A stretch of 32,000 nt of DNA from Methylorubrum extorquens (GTDB lineage: Bacteria; Pseudomonadota; Alphaproteobacteria; Rhizobiales; Beijerinckiaceae), in assembly GCA_900234795.1 (NCBI GenBank), contig LT962688.1:3960001-3992000 (forward strand). Direction: 5' to 3'. Positions 19,284-27,433 of this stretch are shown here, one piece after another (position 1 is the stretch's first letter; each line of letters opens with the position of its first letter). Below the pieces are notes generated by a model, which made no database searches, was not told the DNA's origin, and saw only the letters and a list, made by a program, of their open reading frames with translations. The translations under genes were made by a program, and so were the position numbers.

Positions 19284-19317
19284 AAGGGCCGGCCGCGTCG
19301 ATGCGCGGCCGGCCCTT
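19284..19317 (-). terminator. Rho-independent terminator downstream of the small gene at 19357-19605
   Basis: A perfect 14-bp stem, aagggccggccgcg / cgcggccggccctt, with the loop tcgatg. On the minus strand the stem runs into CCCTTTTCCTTGG. Confidence 0.6.
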
Positions 19318-19356
19318 GGGACCGTCGAAACAGAAGTCGTCAGACCGTCCGGAGGG

Positions 19357-19605
19357 TCAGCGCCCCTGGACGGTGCGGGCGCCCCGCACGGTGGAGCCGG
19401 TGGTGTAGACGCCATCGACGGACACGGTGCCGTGGCGACCGTCACGATCCAGGTAGCGCTCGACATTGCCCGGACCGGCGATGCCGACGAGGCCGCCCGG
19501 GGCGGTGACGGCGGGGATGCCGGCCGGGGCGTTGTAGCTCTGGGCCGAGGCGGCGGTGGTGAGGGCGAGGCCGAGGATCGCGCCTGCTGCAATGCGTGAG
19601 ATCAT
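19357..19605 (-). CDS. Small secreted protein of unknown function (paralogue B, 82 aa)
   Basis: GGAG lies 9 nt upstream of ATG 19605. It reads MISRIAAGAILGLALTTAASA/QSYNAPAGIPAVTAPGGLVGIAGPGNVERYLDRDGRHGTVSVDGVYTTGSTVRGARTVQGR. The 121-aa ORF in the track has an implausible 5' extension. Confidence 0.6.
   Translation of the reverse strand: MISRIAAGAILGLALTTAASAQSYNAPAGIPAVTAPGGLVGIAGPGNVERYLDRDGRHGTVSVDGVYTTGSTVRGARTVQGR
19488..19570. repeat. 83-bp repeat copy 2
   Basis: See copy 1 at 18981-19063. Confidence 0.85.
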
Positions 19606-19899
19606 GTCGTCAATCTCCGAGACTGGGTTCGGCGTCGCGATCAAACCAACCGACGCCGCATGTCCCAGAAACTGAGCATCAATGCCTTGCAAAACAACAT
19701 GATCTGCTTTGGTCCTGTGCACATAGATACGGCACAGCCAAGACGAGGGCTCGGAGCGCTTCGGCGCCCAAAGCTGAAAACACCAACCCTCACTTGGCGT
19801 TAGCGCAAAATTGCAGATTTTTTTGACAGGGCCGGGGTTCTGGCACGCCTCTTTCGCGGCGCGTGCTGTTGCACACCCATCCCCCCGTCCCGCGCCCGG

Positions 19900-21279
19900 C
19901 TACCAGGGGGCGGCCTCGCCCGTTAGGGCCTCGTAGGGCGGCAGCCGCGCCGCGACGGGCCGGCCCGCGACCACGATGATTCGGTCCGCATGCGGTCGCG
20001 CGACGACCTCGTTGAGGCTGCGCGCGGGCAGAAGCATCAGGTCGGCAGGAGCGCCCTCGCGGATCGTGCCAGCATGGGGGAGCCCCATCATCGCCCCCGG
20101 CACCGGCCCGGCGAGCGCGGGCGCGCCGGCTAGCGGATGATCGAGATGGAGGATGCGCACCGCCGCCCGGAATGTGTCGAGCATGTCGTGGTCGCCGTAG
20201 GCGTAGAAGGCGTCGCGGCAATTGTCGCCCGCGACCATCACGGGCACGCCGGCCGCCATCAGTTCCTGGACCGGGGCGACGCCGCGCCAGCGCGGAGTGC
20301 GCCCGCGCTGCCGGTCCTGGAGGTACATGTTGACGGTCGGCAGCGTCACGATGCGGATCCCCGCCTGCGCGACCCGCGCGATCGTGGCCGAAGCCTGCGC
20401 CTCGGGCTGGAGCGCGAGGCTGCAGCAATGCCCGCAGGTGACGCGGCCCTCGTAGCCGTGGCGCAGGGTCGCCCGCGCGACCGCGTCGAGGGAGGCCGCC
20501 GCGGGATCGCCGGTCTCATCGACATGGAGGTCCACATCGAGGTTGCGCGCGCGGGCGAGGCCGAACAGGCGGTCGAGCAGGGCGTCGATCTCGGCCAGCG
20601 CCCCGCCATGCAGGCCGCCGGTCGGCCGGGTCACACCGCCGATCAGCCCGTCCGAATCGGCGATCAGGTCGGCGAGGCGGCGCCCGTAATCGGTGGCGTA
20701 GGCGTCGATCGGGGTCAGGCCGACGCCCTGGAGCGCGATCCGCCCTGCCCAGGCCGCCCGCATCTCCCGGAACACCGCCCAGGTCGTCGCGGCCTGGTCG
20801 CGCAGCGCACCCTCCCCGCTCTCCTGACTGTCGAGATGCGTGCGGATCGCGCCCGTGCCGTGCGCGAAGGCGCAGGCGAGGCCGAAGGTCATGCGGCGGC
20901 GTAGATCCTCCGCATCCCAGTGGCCGGTGCGGTCCACCGTGGTGGCGTCGCGGGCGCCGGGAAAGTCGCCGGCCGGATTGGGCGTGCGGGCGACGGTGTG
21001 GCCCTTGTCGAGATGGGTGTGGGCATCGACGAGGCGCGGCCAGACCTGCCGCCCGGCGAGATCCGCGGCGGGCAGCGTATCCGGCAAGGTGTCCGGCGTC
21101 CCCCCGGCCGGCAGGAGACCGGCGACGACGCCGTCCGCGACGACGATGTCGATGAGCGCGCAGCCCTCCCCGTCGAGGATCGCGCCGGCCGGCACGCCGC
21201 CCGTCAGGAAGGCTCCGGGCACGCGTGCGTTGCGCAGGCGGTAGGCGCGGGCCTTGGGCAGGAACGACGGCTCGGACAT
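19900..21279 (-). CDS. Cytosine-deaminase-like amidohydrolase (substrate not assignable)
   Basis: A 459-aa protein with the metal-binding motif VDAHTHLDKG, then HVDETGD and VTCGHCCSL...VTLPTVNMYLQDR...VAGDNCRDAFYAYG. This is the pattern of the CodA-type branch of the amidohydrolase superfamily. Confidence 0.75.
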   Translation of the reverse strand: MSEPSFLPKARAYRLRNARVPGAFLTGGVPAGAILDGEGCALIDIVVADGVVAGLLPAGGTPDTLPDTLPAADLAGRQVWPRLVDAHTHLDKGHTVARTPNPAGDFPGARDATTVDRTGHWDAEDLRRRMTFGLACAFAHGTGAIRTHLDSQESGEGALRDQAATTWAVFREMRAAWAGRIALQGVGLTPIDAYATDYGRRLADLIADSDGLIGGVTRPTGGLHGGALAEIDALLDRLFGLARARNLDVDLHVDETGDPAAASLDAVARATLRHGYEGRVTCGHCCSLALQPEAQASATIARVAQAGIRIVTLPTVNMYLQDRQRGRTPRWRGVAPVQELMAAGVPVMVAGDNCRDAFYAYGDHDMLDTFRAAVRILHLDHPLAGAPALAGPVPGAMMGLPHAGTIREGAPADLMLLPARSLNEVVARPHADRIIVVAGRPVAARLPPYEALTGEAAPW

Positions 21280-21357
21280 GGTTCAACCCTTCGCGGAAAG
21301 CGCGGTCGGCAAGGGGGAATGGGATGGCGGGAAAGGGACGGCTTGCGCCGGATGGGA

Positions 21358-22263
21358 TCAGTCCGGAACGCTCTGGCGCTCGAACTCGGCCTGGATCCGG
21401 GCCGCAAGGAGGTGGGCGGGCCCGTCGAGCGCGGAGCGGGCGCGCTGCATCAGCGACGCCCGCTGGATGATCGCGCTGGCATCGGAGATCGGCGTGAAGG
21501 CCAGCACGCCGCGGCGGATCTCCTCCCCGACATCCGAGAGGTTGACGAAGGTGATGTGCGGGGCCGTCTGGGCGAGGCGCTTCATCAGCTCGATCGAGTT
21601 CGTCTCGACCACGGGCGTGAAGCTCGTGCCCTCGGGCACGAGCAGTTCGAGCACGTCGCGCAGGGTCATCGAGCGGTCGGCGACGACGAGGGGATATTCG
21701 AGGCAATCGGCCATGCGCACCTGATAACGGCCGTTGAGGGGATGGTCGGGCGCCATCACCGCGCCGAGCCGGTGCTCGAACTCGGCGATGCAGCGCATGC
21801 GCGGATCGGGTGGGAGCCGGTAGGCCAGGGCGAGGTCGGCCTCGCCCGCGAGCAGGGCGGCGGCGATCTGATCGACCGGCAGCACCAGAACCTTGACGAC
21901 GATGCGGGGATGGGTCTCGCGGAAGGTGCGGATCACCCCCGGCAGCACCCCGGCGGCGATGCTCGCCATCGTCGCCACCGTCACCTCGCCGCGGGTCAGG
22001 CCCTTGAGCGAGGCGACCTGCGCCAGCATGCGCTCGTGGCCGTTCAGCGTGTCGCGCACGTGCCGCACCAGCACCTCGCCCGCCGCGGTCAGGCGCAGGC
22101 CCCGCGGCAGCCGCTCGAACAGCGGCGTGCCCATCTCCTCCTCCAGCGAGAGGATCTGACGGTTGACGGCACTCGACGCGACGTTGAGGCGCGTCGCCGC
22201 CCGGCGGATCGAGCCGCTGCGGGCCACCTCGTCGAGGTAGCCCAGCAGGCGATGATGCAGCAT
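21358..22263 (-). CDS. LysR-family transcriptional regulator, divergent from the 22590+ operon
   Basis: From ATG 22263 it reads MLHHRLLGYLDEVARSGSIRRAATRLNVASSAVNRQILSLEEEMGTPLFERLPRGLRLTAAG, followed by a LysR effector domain (301 aa). Confidence 0.85.
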   Translation of the reverse strand: MLHHRLLGYLDEVARSGSIRRAATRLNVASSAVNRQILSLEEEMGTPLFERLPRGLRLTAAGEVLVRHVRDTLNGHERMLAQVASLKGLTRGEVTVATMASIAAGVLPGVIRTFRETHPRIVVKVLVLPVDQIAAALLAGEADLALAYRLPPDPRMRCIAEFEHRLGAVMAPDHPLNGRYQVRMADCLEYPLVVADRSMTLRDVLELLVPEGTSFTPVVETNSIELMKRLAQTAPHITFVNLSDVGEEIRRGVLAFTPISDASAIIQRASLMQRARSALDGPAHLLAARIQAEFERQSVPD

Positions 22264-22589
22264 GGGGTGCGGCCTCCGCCCGCGTCCCGTCGCGCACCCT
22301 CGGCGCAACGCGTCGGCGGCATTCTGCAGGGAGCTTGCCAACTCCCTTCGTCCAGGTGAGCGCGGACCGCGCCTCGGGCAGGCCGGGATACGGCTCCGCC
22401 GAACGCTTCACCAAGCGCACAGCCATGCGGCAGCGTGCGAAGTCTGCGAGCGCTGCGCGCGGAAAACGATGCTTTTCTTGCAGCACTGCTTCCGCTTCCC
22501 TGGTGTTGGGCAGCCTGGGCAGGTCCGACGCGGCACGGTCCATGCGTCGAGAGACCGATCCCGGGCAACGCGGCGGGGGACCATCACCG

Positions 22590-23576
22590 ATGCGGTCGAT
22601 CCGATTCGATACAGGGGCCTCCGCCCTCCTGGCGGTCACCTTAGGGCTGGCGATGGCCGGGCCCGCCCAGGCGGCGGACAAGGTCGTCTTCCTGACGAGC
22701 TGGTACGCCCAGGCTGAGCACGGCGGCTTCTACCAAGCCAAGGCCACCGGCCTCTACGAGAAGGCCGGGCTCGACGTCGAGATCCGCATGGGCGGGCCGC
22801 AGGTCAACGGCCTGCAGCTCCTACTCGCGGGCGAGGCCGACGCGATCATGGGCTACGACATCCAGGTGCTTCAGGCGGTCGAGAAGGGCCTGCCCGTGGT
22901 CACCGTGGCGGCCTCGTTCCAGTACGACCTCCAGGGGATGATGACCCACGACGACGTGACGTCGCTGGCGGGCATCAAGGATAGGGCGATCCTCGTCTCC
23001 TCGGCCGGTATGACGGCGTGGTGGCCGTGGTTGAAGAAGAAATACGCGCTCTCGGACGCCCAGGTGCGGGCCTATACCTTCAACCTGCAGCCGTTCTTCG
23101 CCGACAAGAACGTCGTGCAGCAGGCCTATCCTTCCTCGGAGCCGTTCCAGGCGCAGGAGAAGGGCGTTCCGGTCAACTTCCATCTCTTCGCCAAGGACGG
23201 TTATCCGCCCTACGGCACCACGATCGTGACGACGCGCAAGCTCGCAGAGGGCAAGCCGGAGGCGATGCGCCGGTTCGTGGCCGCCTCCATGGAAGGCTGG
23301 AAGAGCTACATGGAGAACCCGGCTCCCGCCAACGTGCTGATCAAGGCGGCCAATCCGAAGATGAGTGACGGCCAGATCGCCTTCGGCATCACCCGGCTGA
23401 AGGCGCTCAAGGTGCTGGGCGGTGAGGAGAACGTCCCCATCGGCACTATGACGGAGGCCCGCTGGAAGGCGTCCTACGACTACCTCGTCGAGGCGGGGCT
23501 GCTCAAAGCCTCCACGGACTGGAAACGGGCCTTCAGCCTCGATTTCATGCCCGTCCTCTCGGCAAAAGCCGAGTGA
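22590..23576 (+). CDS. ABC transporter substrate-binding protein, NMT1/THI5-like
   Basis: ATG 22590. The signal peptide is MRSIRFDTGASALLAVTLGLAMAGPAQA. The mature protein begins ADKVVFLTSWYAQAEHGGFYQAKATGLYEKAGLDVEIR.... It is a paralogue of the gene at 26454-27421. Confidence 0.85.
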   Translation: MRSIRFDTGASALLAVTLGLAMAGPAQAADKVVFLTSWYAQAEHGGFYQAKATGLYEKAGLDVEIRMGGPQVNGLQLLLAGEADAIMGYDIQVLQAVEKGLPVVTVAASFQYDLQGMMTHDDVTSLAGIKDRAILVSSAGMTAWWPWLKKKYALSDAQVRAYTFNLQPFFADKNVVQQAYPSSEPFQAQEKGVPVNFHLFAKDGYPPYGTTIVTTRKLAEGKPEAMRRFVAASMEGWKSYMENPAPANVLIKAANPKMSDGQIAFGITRLKALKVLGGEENVPIGTMTEARWKASYDYLVEAGLLKASTDWKRAFSLDFMPVLSAKAE

Positions 23577-24523
23577 GCCGCGCGATGGCGGCGTTCGCTC
23601 ATGCCAACCCATTGGCCAACCCTTCGGCCCACCCTTCGGCCAACCCGCTTCCGGCCTATCCGCGCGCGGCGCCGGCCGAGGCGGCCGCGCCGGCCTCGAA
23701 GCGGCTGACACGGCCCGCCGCGAACGCGGCGCCGGCCATCGAGATCCTCTCGGCCGAGAAGGTGTTCGCCGACGGCACCCGCGGGCTCGCCCCGGTCGAC
23801 CTGACGGTGCGCGAGGGCGAGTTCCTGTCGCTGATCGGCCCGTCTGGCTGCGGCAAGAGCACCCTGCTCTCGCTCGTGGCCAATCTCAGCGAGCCCAGTG
23901 ACGGGCGCCTGCTGTGGTGGCGCGGCGGCTTCAACGGGGTCGGCGCGGAGGGCCGGCGGATGTCGGTGGTGTTCCAGGACGCCACGCTGATGCCGTGGCT
24001 GCGCATCGCCGCCAATGTGCGCCTGCCGCTCGACCTCGCGGGCGTGAAGAAAGCGGAGGCCGCCCCCCGGGTCCAGGCCGCGCTCGATCTGGTCGGCCTC
24101 GGCGAGAAGGGCCGGAGCTATCCGCGCCAGCTCTCCGGCGGCATGCGCATGCGCGCGGCCATCGCCCGTGGCCTCGTCACCGAGCCGAACCTCCTGCTCA
24201 TGGACGAGCCGTTCGGCGCGCTGGACGAATTCACCCGCAACAAGCTCGACGCCGACCTCGTGGACCTCTGGTGGCGGCGCTCGCTCACCGTGCTGTTCGT
24301 GACCCACTCGATCTACGAGGCGGTGTTTCTGTCCACCCGCATCGTCGTGATGGCGGCGCGTCCGGGGCGCATCTTCTCCGAACTCACCATCGACGAGCCG
24401 CATCCCCGCGGCGACGCCTTCCGGCGCTCCCCGCGCTTCGCCGAATACTGCCAGCGTCTCTCGGCGCTGCTGACGGAGGCGTCGCTGGCTAGCGACCCGG
24501 CCACCGCGGAGGCGCGGGCATGA
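23573..24523 (+). CDS. ABC transporter ATP-binding protein (NitT/TauT family) with a repetitive N-terminal extension
   Basis: Walker A GPSGCGKSTLL, signature LSGGMRMRAAIARGL and Walker [13 protein letters not shown]. The start is GTG 23573 (GTGA overlap) or ATG 23585. No start codon lies closer to the ATPase core. Confidence 0.85.
   Translation: MSRAMAAFAHANPLANPSAHPSANPLPAYPRAAPAEAAAPASKRLTRPAANAAPAIEILSAEKVFADGTRGLAPVDLTVREGEFLSLIGPSGCGKSTLLSLVANLSEPSDGRLLWWRGGFNGVGAEGRRMSVVFQDATLMPWLRIAANVRLPLDLAGVKKAEAAPRVQAALDLVGLGEKGRSYPRQLSGGMRMRAAIARGLVTEPNLLLMDEPFGALDEFTRNKLDADLVDLWWRRSLTVLFVTHSIYEAVFLSTRIVVMAARPGRIFSELTIDEPHPRGDAFRRSPRFAEYCQRLSALLTEASLASDPATAEARA
23603..23650 (+). repeat. Four tandem 12-bp units (gccaacccattg / gccaacccttcg / gcccacccttcg / gccaacccgctt) encoding ANPL-ANPS-AHPS-ANPL
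   Basis: Read directly. The units are in frame within the 5' end of the ATPase gene. Confidence 0.7.
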
Positions 24524-25314
24524 GAAGACCGCTGATCCAGGACCCCCGCGTCCAGGCGGCGCTGCCGCCCCTCCTCGTCGGGATTGCGGTGCTGAGCCTG
24601 TGGGAGGCCGCCTGCCGCGGCTTCGCGGTTCCCGAGTACCTGTTCCCGGCCCCTTCCGTGATCGCCGCCTCCCTCGTCCAGAACGGGCCGGACCTGCTGC
24701 GGGCCCTGTGGAGCACAATGCGGGTGACGCTGATCGCCTTCGCGCTCTCGACCGTGCTCGGCACGCTCGTCGCCTTCCTGTTCGTGCAGAGCCGCTTCAT
24801 CGAGCGCGGCTTCTTCCCCTACGCGGTGATGCTTCAGGTGACGCCCGTGGTGGCGGTGGCCCCGCTCATCATCATCCTCGTGCGCGACACGCAGGTCGCG
24901 CTGGTGATCTGCGCCACCATCATCGCGATCTTCCCCATGATCTCGAACACCACGGTCGGCCTGCGCAGCGTCGATCCGGGGCTCGTCAACCTGATGCGGG
25001 TCTACCGCGCAAGCCGCCTGCAGACGCTGCTGCGCCTGCGCATCCCGAGTGCGCTCGGCTACTTCTTCGCGGGCCTGCGCATCTCCTCCGGCCTCGCCTT
25101 GATCGGCGCGGTGGTGGCGGAGTTCGTCGCCGGCACCGGGGGCCGCAGCGCCGGCCTCGCTTACGAGATCCTCCAGGCTGGCTTCCAGCTCGACATCCCG
25201 CGGATGTTCGCCGCGCTCTCGCTGATCACCGCCGCCGGCATCCTGCTGTTCCTCGCCATGAGCGGCCTGAGCCGCCTCGCGCTCGGCTCCTGGGGCGATC
25301 CCGAGCGCGCCTGA
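24520..25314 (+). CDS. ABC transporter permease
   Basis: ATGA overlap with the ATPase gene. The protein is 264 aa, has about six TM helices and carries the loop GLRSVDPGLVNLMRVYRASRLQTLLRLRIPSALGYFFAGLRIS. Confidence 0.85.
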   Translation: MRRPLIQDPRVQAALPPLLVGIAVLSLWEAACRGFAVPEYLFPAPSVIAASLVQNGPDLLRALWSTMRVTLIAFALSTVLGTLVAFLFVQSRFIERGFFPYAVMLQVTPVVAVAPLIIILVRDTQVALVICATIIAIFPMISNTTVGLRSVDPGLVNLMRVYRASRLQTLLRLRIPSALGYFFAGLRISSGLALIGAVVAEFVAGTGGRSAGLAYEILQAGFQLDIPRMFAALSLITAAGILLFLAMSGLSRLALGSWGDPERA

Positions 25315-25380
25315 ACCACCGCACGTCCCTCGACACCATGCCGGAGGGCTTCACGCCGGGCATCACCACGGAGAGCGTCC

Positions 25381-26454
25381 ATGCTGACGACCCGCCAGAA
25401 GCTGTGGCGCCATTACTGGTACGCGACCTTGCGCCTGTCCGACCTCGCCGACGGCCCCAAGCCCTTCACCCTGATGGGCGAGAAGATCGTGCTGTTTCTC
25501 GACGGCGAGGGCCAGCCCGCGGCAATGATGGACCGCTGCTGCCACCGCACCGCCCGGCTCTCCAAGGGCTGGTGCGAGGACGGCCTGATCGTGTGCGGCT
25601 ATCACGGCTGGGCCTATGACCGGCACGGCGCGCTCGCTCGCATCCCGCAATTCAGCCCGGAGCAGGTCGTGCCGCGGCTCGCGGTGAAGAGCTACCACTG
25701 CACCGCGAAGTACGGCTACGCCTGGGTCTGTCTGGAGGAGCCCTACGCGGCGATCCCCGAGATCCCCGAGGACACGATGCCTGGCTACCGGCGCATCCAG
25801 CAATTCCACGACGTGTGGAAGACCTCGCCCCTGCGGCTGATGGAGAACTCGTTCGACAACGCGCACTTCGCCTTCGTGCACCAGAACACGTTCGGGCAGA
25901 TCAGCCAGCCGATCCCGGAAAAGTACGAGATCACCGAGACCGAATACGGCTTCGAGGCGGAGACGATCATCACCATCGCCAATCCGCCGATGGCCCACCG
26001 CATCAGCGGCACCACCGAGCCGACCACCAAGCGCCACATGCGCAACAAGTGGTTCATGCCGTTCTGCCGCCGGCTCGACATCGAATACCCGTCGGGCTTG
26101 CGGCACATCATCTTCAACTCGGCGACGCCGATCGACGACGGCACGATCCGGCTCGCGCAGATCCTCTACCGCAACGACCGCGAGGCGGATTGCTCGACGG
26201 AAGCGCTGATCGCCTGGGATGCGGTGATCGTCGAGGAGGACCGCGACATCCTCGAATCGACCGACCCGGACGCCACGGTCGATATGGGCCGCAAGGTCGA
26301 GAGCCATATGCCCTCCGACCGCCCCGGCATGATCATGCGCCGCCGCCTGCTGGCCGCCCTGCACGCCCATGGCGAGGAGGAGGTGTCCGAGGCAACGCCC
26401 GCGGTCTCCGTGCCGGTGGCGCCGACTCTGATGCCGCACGAGAGGGTCGCGTGA
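25381..26454 (+). CDS. Rieske [2Fe-2S] non-heme-iron oxygenase, VanA/PaO-like alpha subunit
   Basis: RBS ggagag lies 5 nt upstream. The Rieske motif is CCHRTARL...CGYHGWAY (CxH...CxxH). The mononuclear-iron motif is NSFDNAHFAFVH. Length is 357 aa. No cognate reductase gene is adjacent. Confidence 0.85.
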   Translation: MLTTRQKLWRHYWYATLRLSDLADGPKPFTLMGEKIVLFLDGEGQPAAMMDRCCHRTARLSKGWCEDGLIVCGYHGWAYDRHGALARIPQFSPEQVVPRLAVKSYHCTAKYGYAWVCLEEPYAAIPEIPEDTMPGYRRIQQFHDVWKTSPLRLMENSFDNAHFAFVHQNTFGQISQPIPEKYEITETEYGFEAETIITIANPPMAHRISGTTEPTTKRHMRNKWFMPFCRRLDIEYPSGLRHIIFNSATPIDDGTIRLAQILYRNDREADCSTEALIAWDAVIVEEDRDILESTDPDATVDMGRKVESHMPSDRPGMIMRRRLLAALHAHGEEEVSEATPAVSVPVAPTLMPHERVA

Positions 26455-27421
26455 TGGTCCGTTTGGCCGCTCTTCTCGCGACGCTGGCCGCCCTCGCGGC
26501 GTGGCCGGCGCTCGCCCTCGATAAGGTCTCGTTCGGCCTCAACTGGGTGCCGGAGGCCGAGCATTGCGGGTTCTTCCAGGCCAAGGCGACGGGCCTCTAC
26601 GAGCGGGCCGGGCTCGATGTCGAGCTGAGACCCGGCAATCCCAACGTCAACATGCCGCTGCTCGTCGCCTCGGGCGAACTCGACATGGGCATGGGGTCGA
26701 GCTTCACCACGCTCAACCTCGTCGCCAAGGGCATCAAGACGCGCACCGTGGCGGCCTTCTTCCAGAAGGATCCGCAGACGCTGGTGGCCCATGCCGGCCA
26801 AGGCGTCGCCCGGCTCGAGGATCTGAAGGGCCGGCCAATCATGGTCGGCGGCTTCTCGCGCAACGAATTCTGGCAGTTCCTCAAGGCGCGCTACGGCTTC
26901 ACAGACGACCAGCTCAGGCCGTTCGCCTATTCCGCGGCCCCCTTCCTCGCCGACAAGCGGGCGGTGCAGCAGGGCTACATCACCGAGGACGCGGCCCTGC
27001 TCGGCAAGGCACTCCCGAACCGCCGGTCTCGATCCTGCTGGCCGATTACGGCTACGACAACTACGCCACCTCGATCTTCGCCACCGAGGCCTTCATCGCC
27101 GCCAAGCCGAAGCTCGTTAGGGCCTTCGTCGAGGCGAGCCGGAAGGGCTGGGAGGCCTGCATGGCCGGCGATTACGAGCCCGCCATGCGGGCGGTGCTCG
27201 TCCTGGTTCCGACCGGGGGCGAAGACCTGTTCCGCTTCAAGATGGATCAGATGAAGCGGCGCGGCCTCGTCGATGGCGGCGACGCGGCCCGCCTCGGCCT
27301 CGGCGCGATGACGGAGGCGCGCTGGCGCTCGTTCTTCGACGTCATGACCCAGGCCGGCCTCTACCCCGCCTCGCTCGACGTGCGCCAAGCCTACACGCTC
27401 GACTTCCTCGCCCAACCCTGA
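26454..27421 (+). pseudogene. Second NMT1/THI5-like substrate-binding protein, -1 frameshift at 27006-27010 (AAGGC where AAGGGC is expected)
   Basis: Frame 0 gives MVRLAALLATLAALAAWPALA/LDKVSFGLNWVPEAEHCGFFQAKATGLYERAGLDV...AVQQGYITEDAALLGK and then nonsense (ALPNRRSRSCW...). Frame 2 continues GTPEPPVSILLADYGYDNYATSIF...MTEARWRSFFDVMTQAGLYPASLDVRQAYTLDFLAQP, ending at 27421. The junction K|GTP aligns with EKGVP of the paralogue at 22590. Confidence 0.8.
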
Positions 27422-27433
27422 CGGAGCGCATCC

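Noticed and set aside
19841-19857. Sigma-54-like element TGGCAC-N5-TTTCG on the plus strand
   Set aside because: The -24 box is perfect, but the -12 box is TTTC rather than TTGC. The element points into the 3' end of a minus-strand gene with nothing to transcribe. The TGGCAC is also part of a local hairpin (gcacgc/gcgtgc). It is most likely chance.
22264-22589. TPP or other riboswitch in the 326-nt leader upstream of the NMT1/THI5-type binding-protein gene (also checked 8622-8819)
   Set aside because: I found no conserved TPP core (CUGAGA ... ACCUGAUCUGGAUAAUGCCAGCG-like) and no other riboswitch signature I can recognise. Only generic GC-rich hairpins are present.
20516-22681. 721-aa minus-strand ORF, and similar long ORFs (1026-2594 minus, 3394-4794 minus, 5734-7188 minus, 8232-9827 minus, 26975-28669 minus)
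   Set aside because: All overlap conserved genes in other frames or strands. They encode Arg/Pro/Gly-rich sequences without domains. These are GC-bias artefacts.
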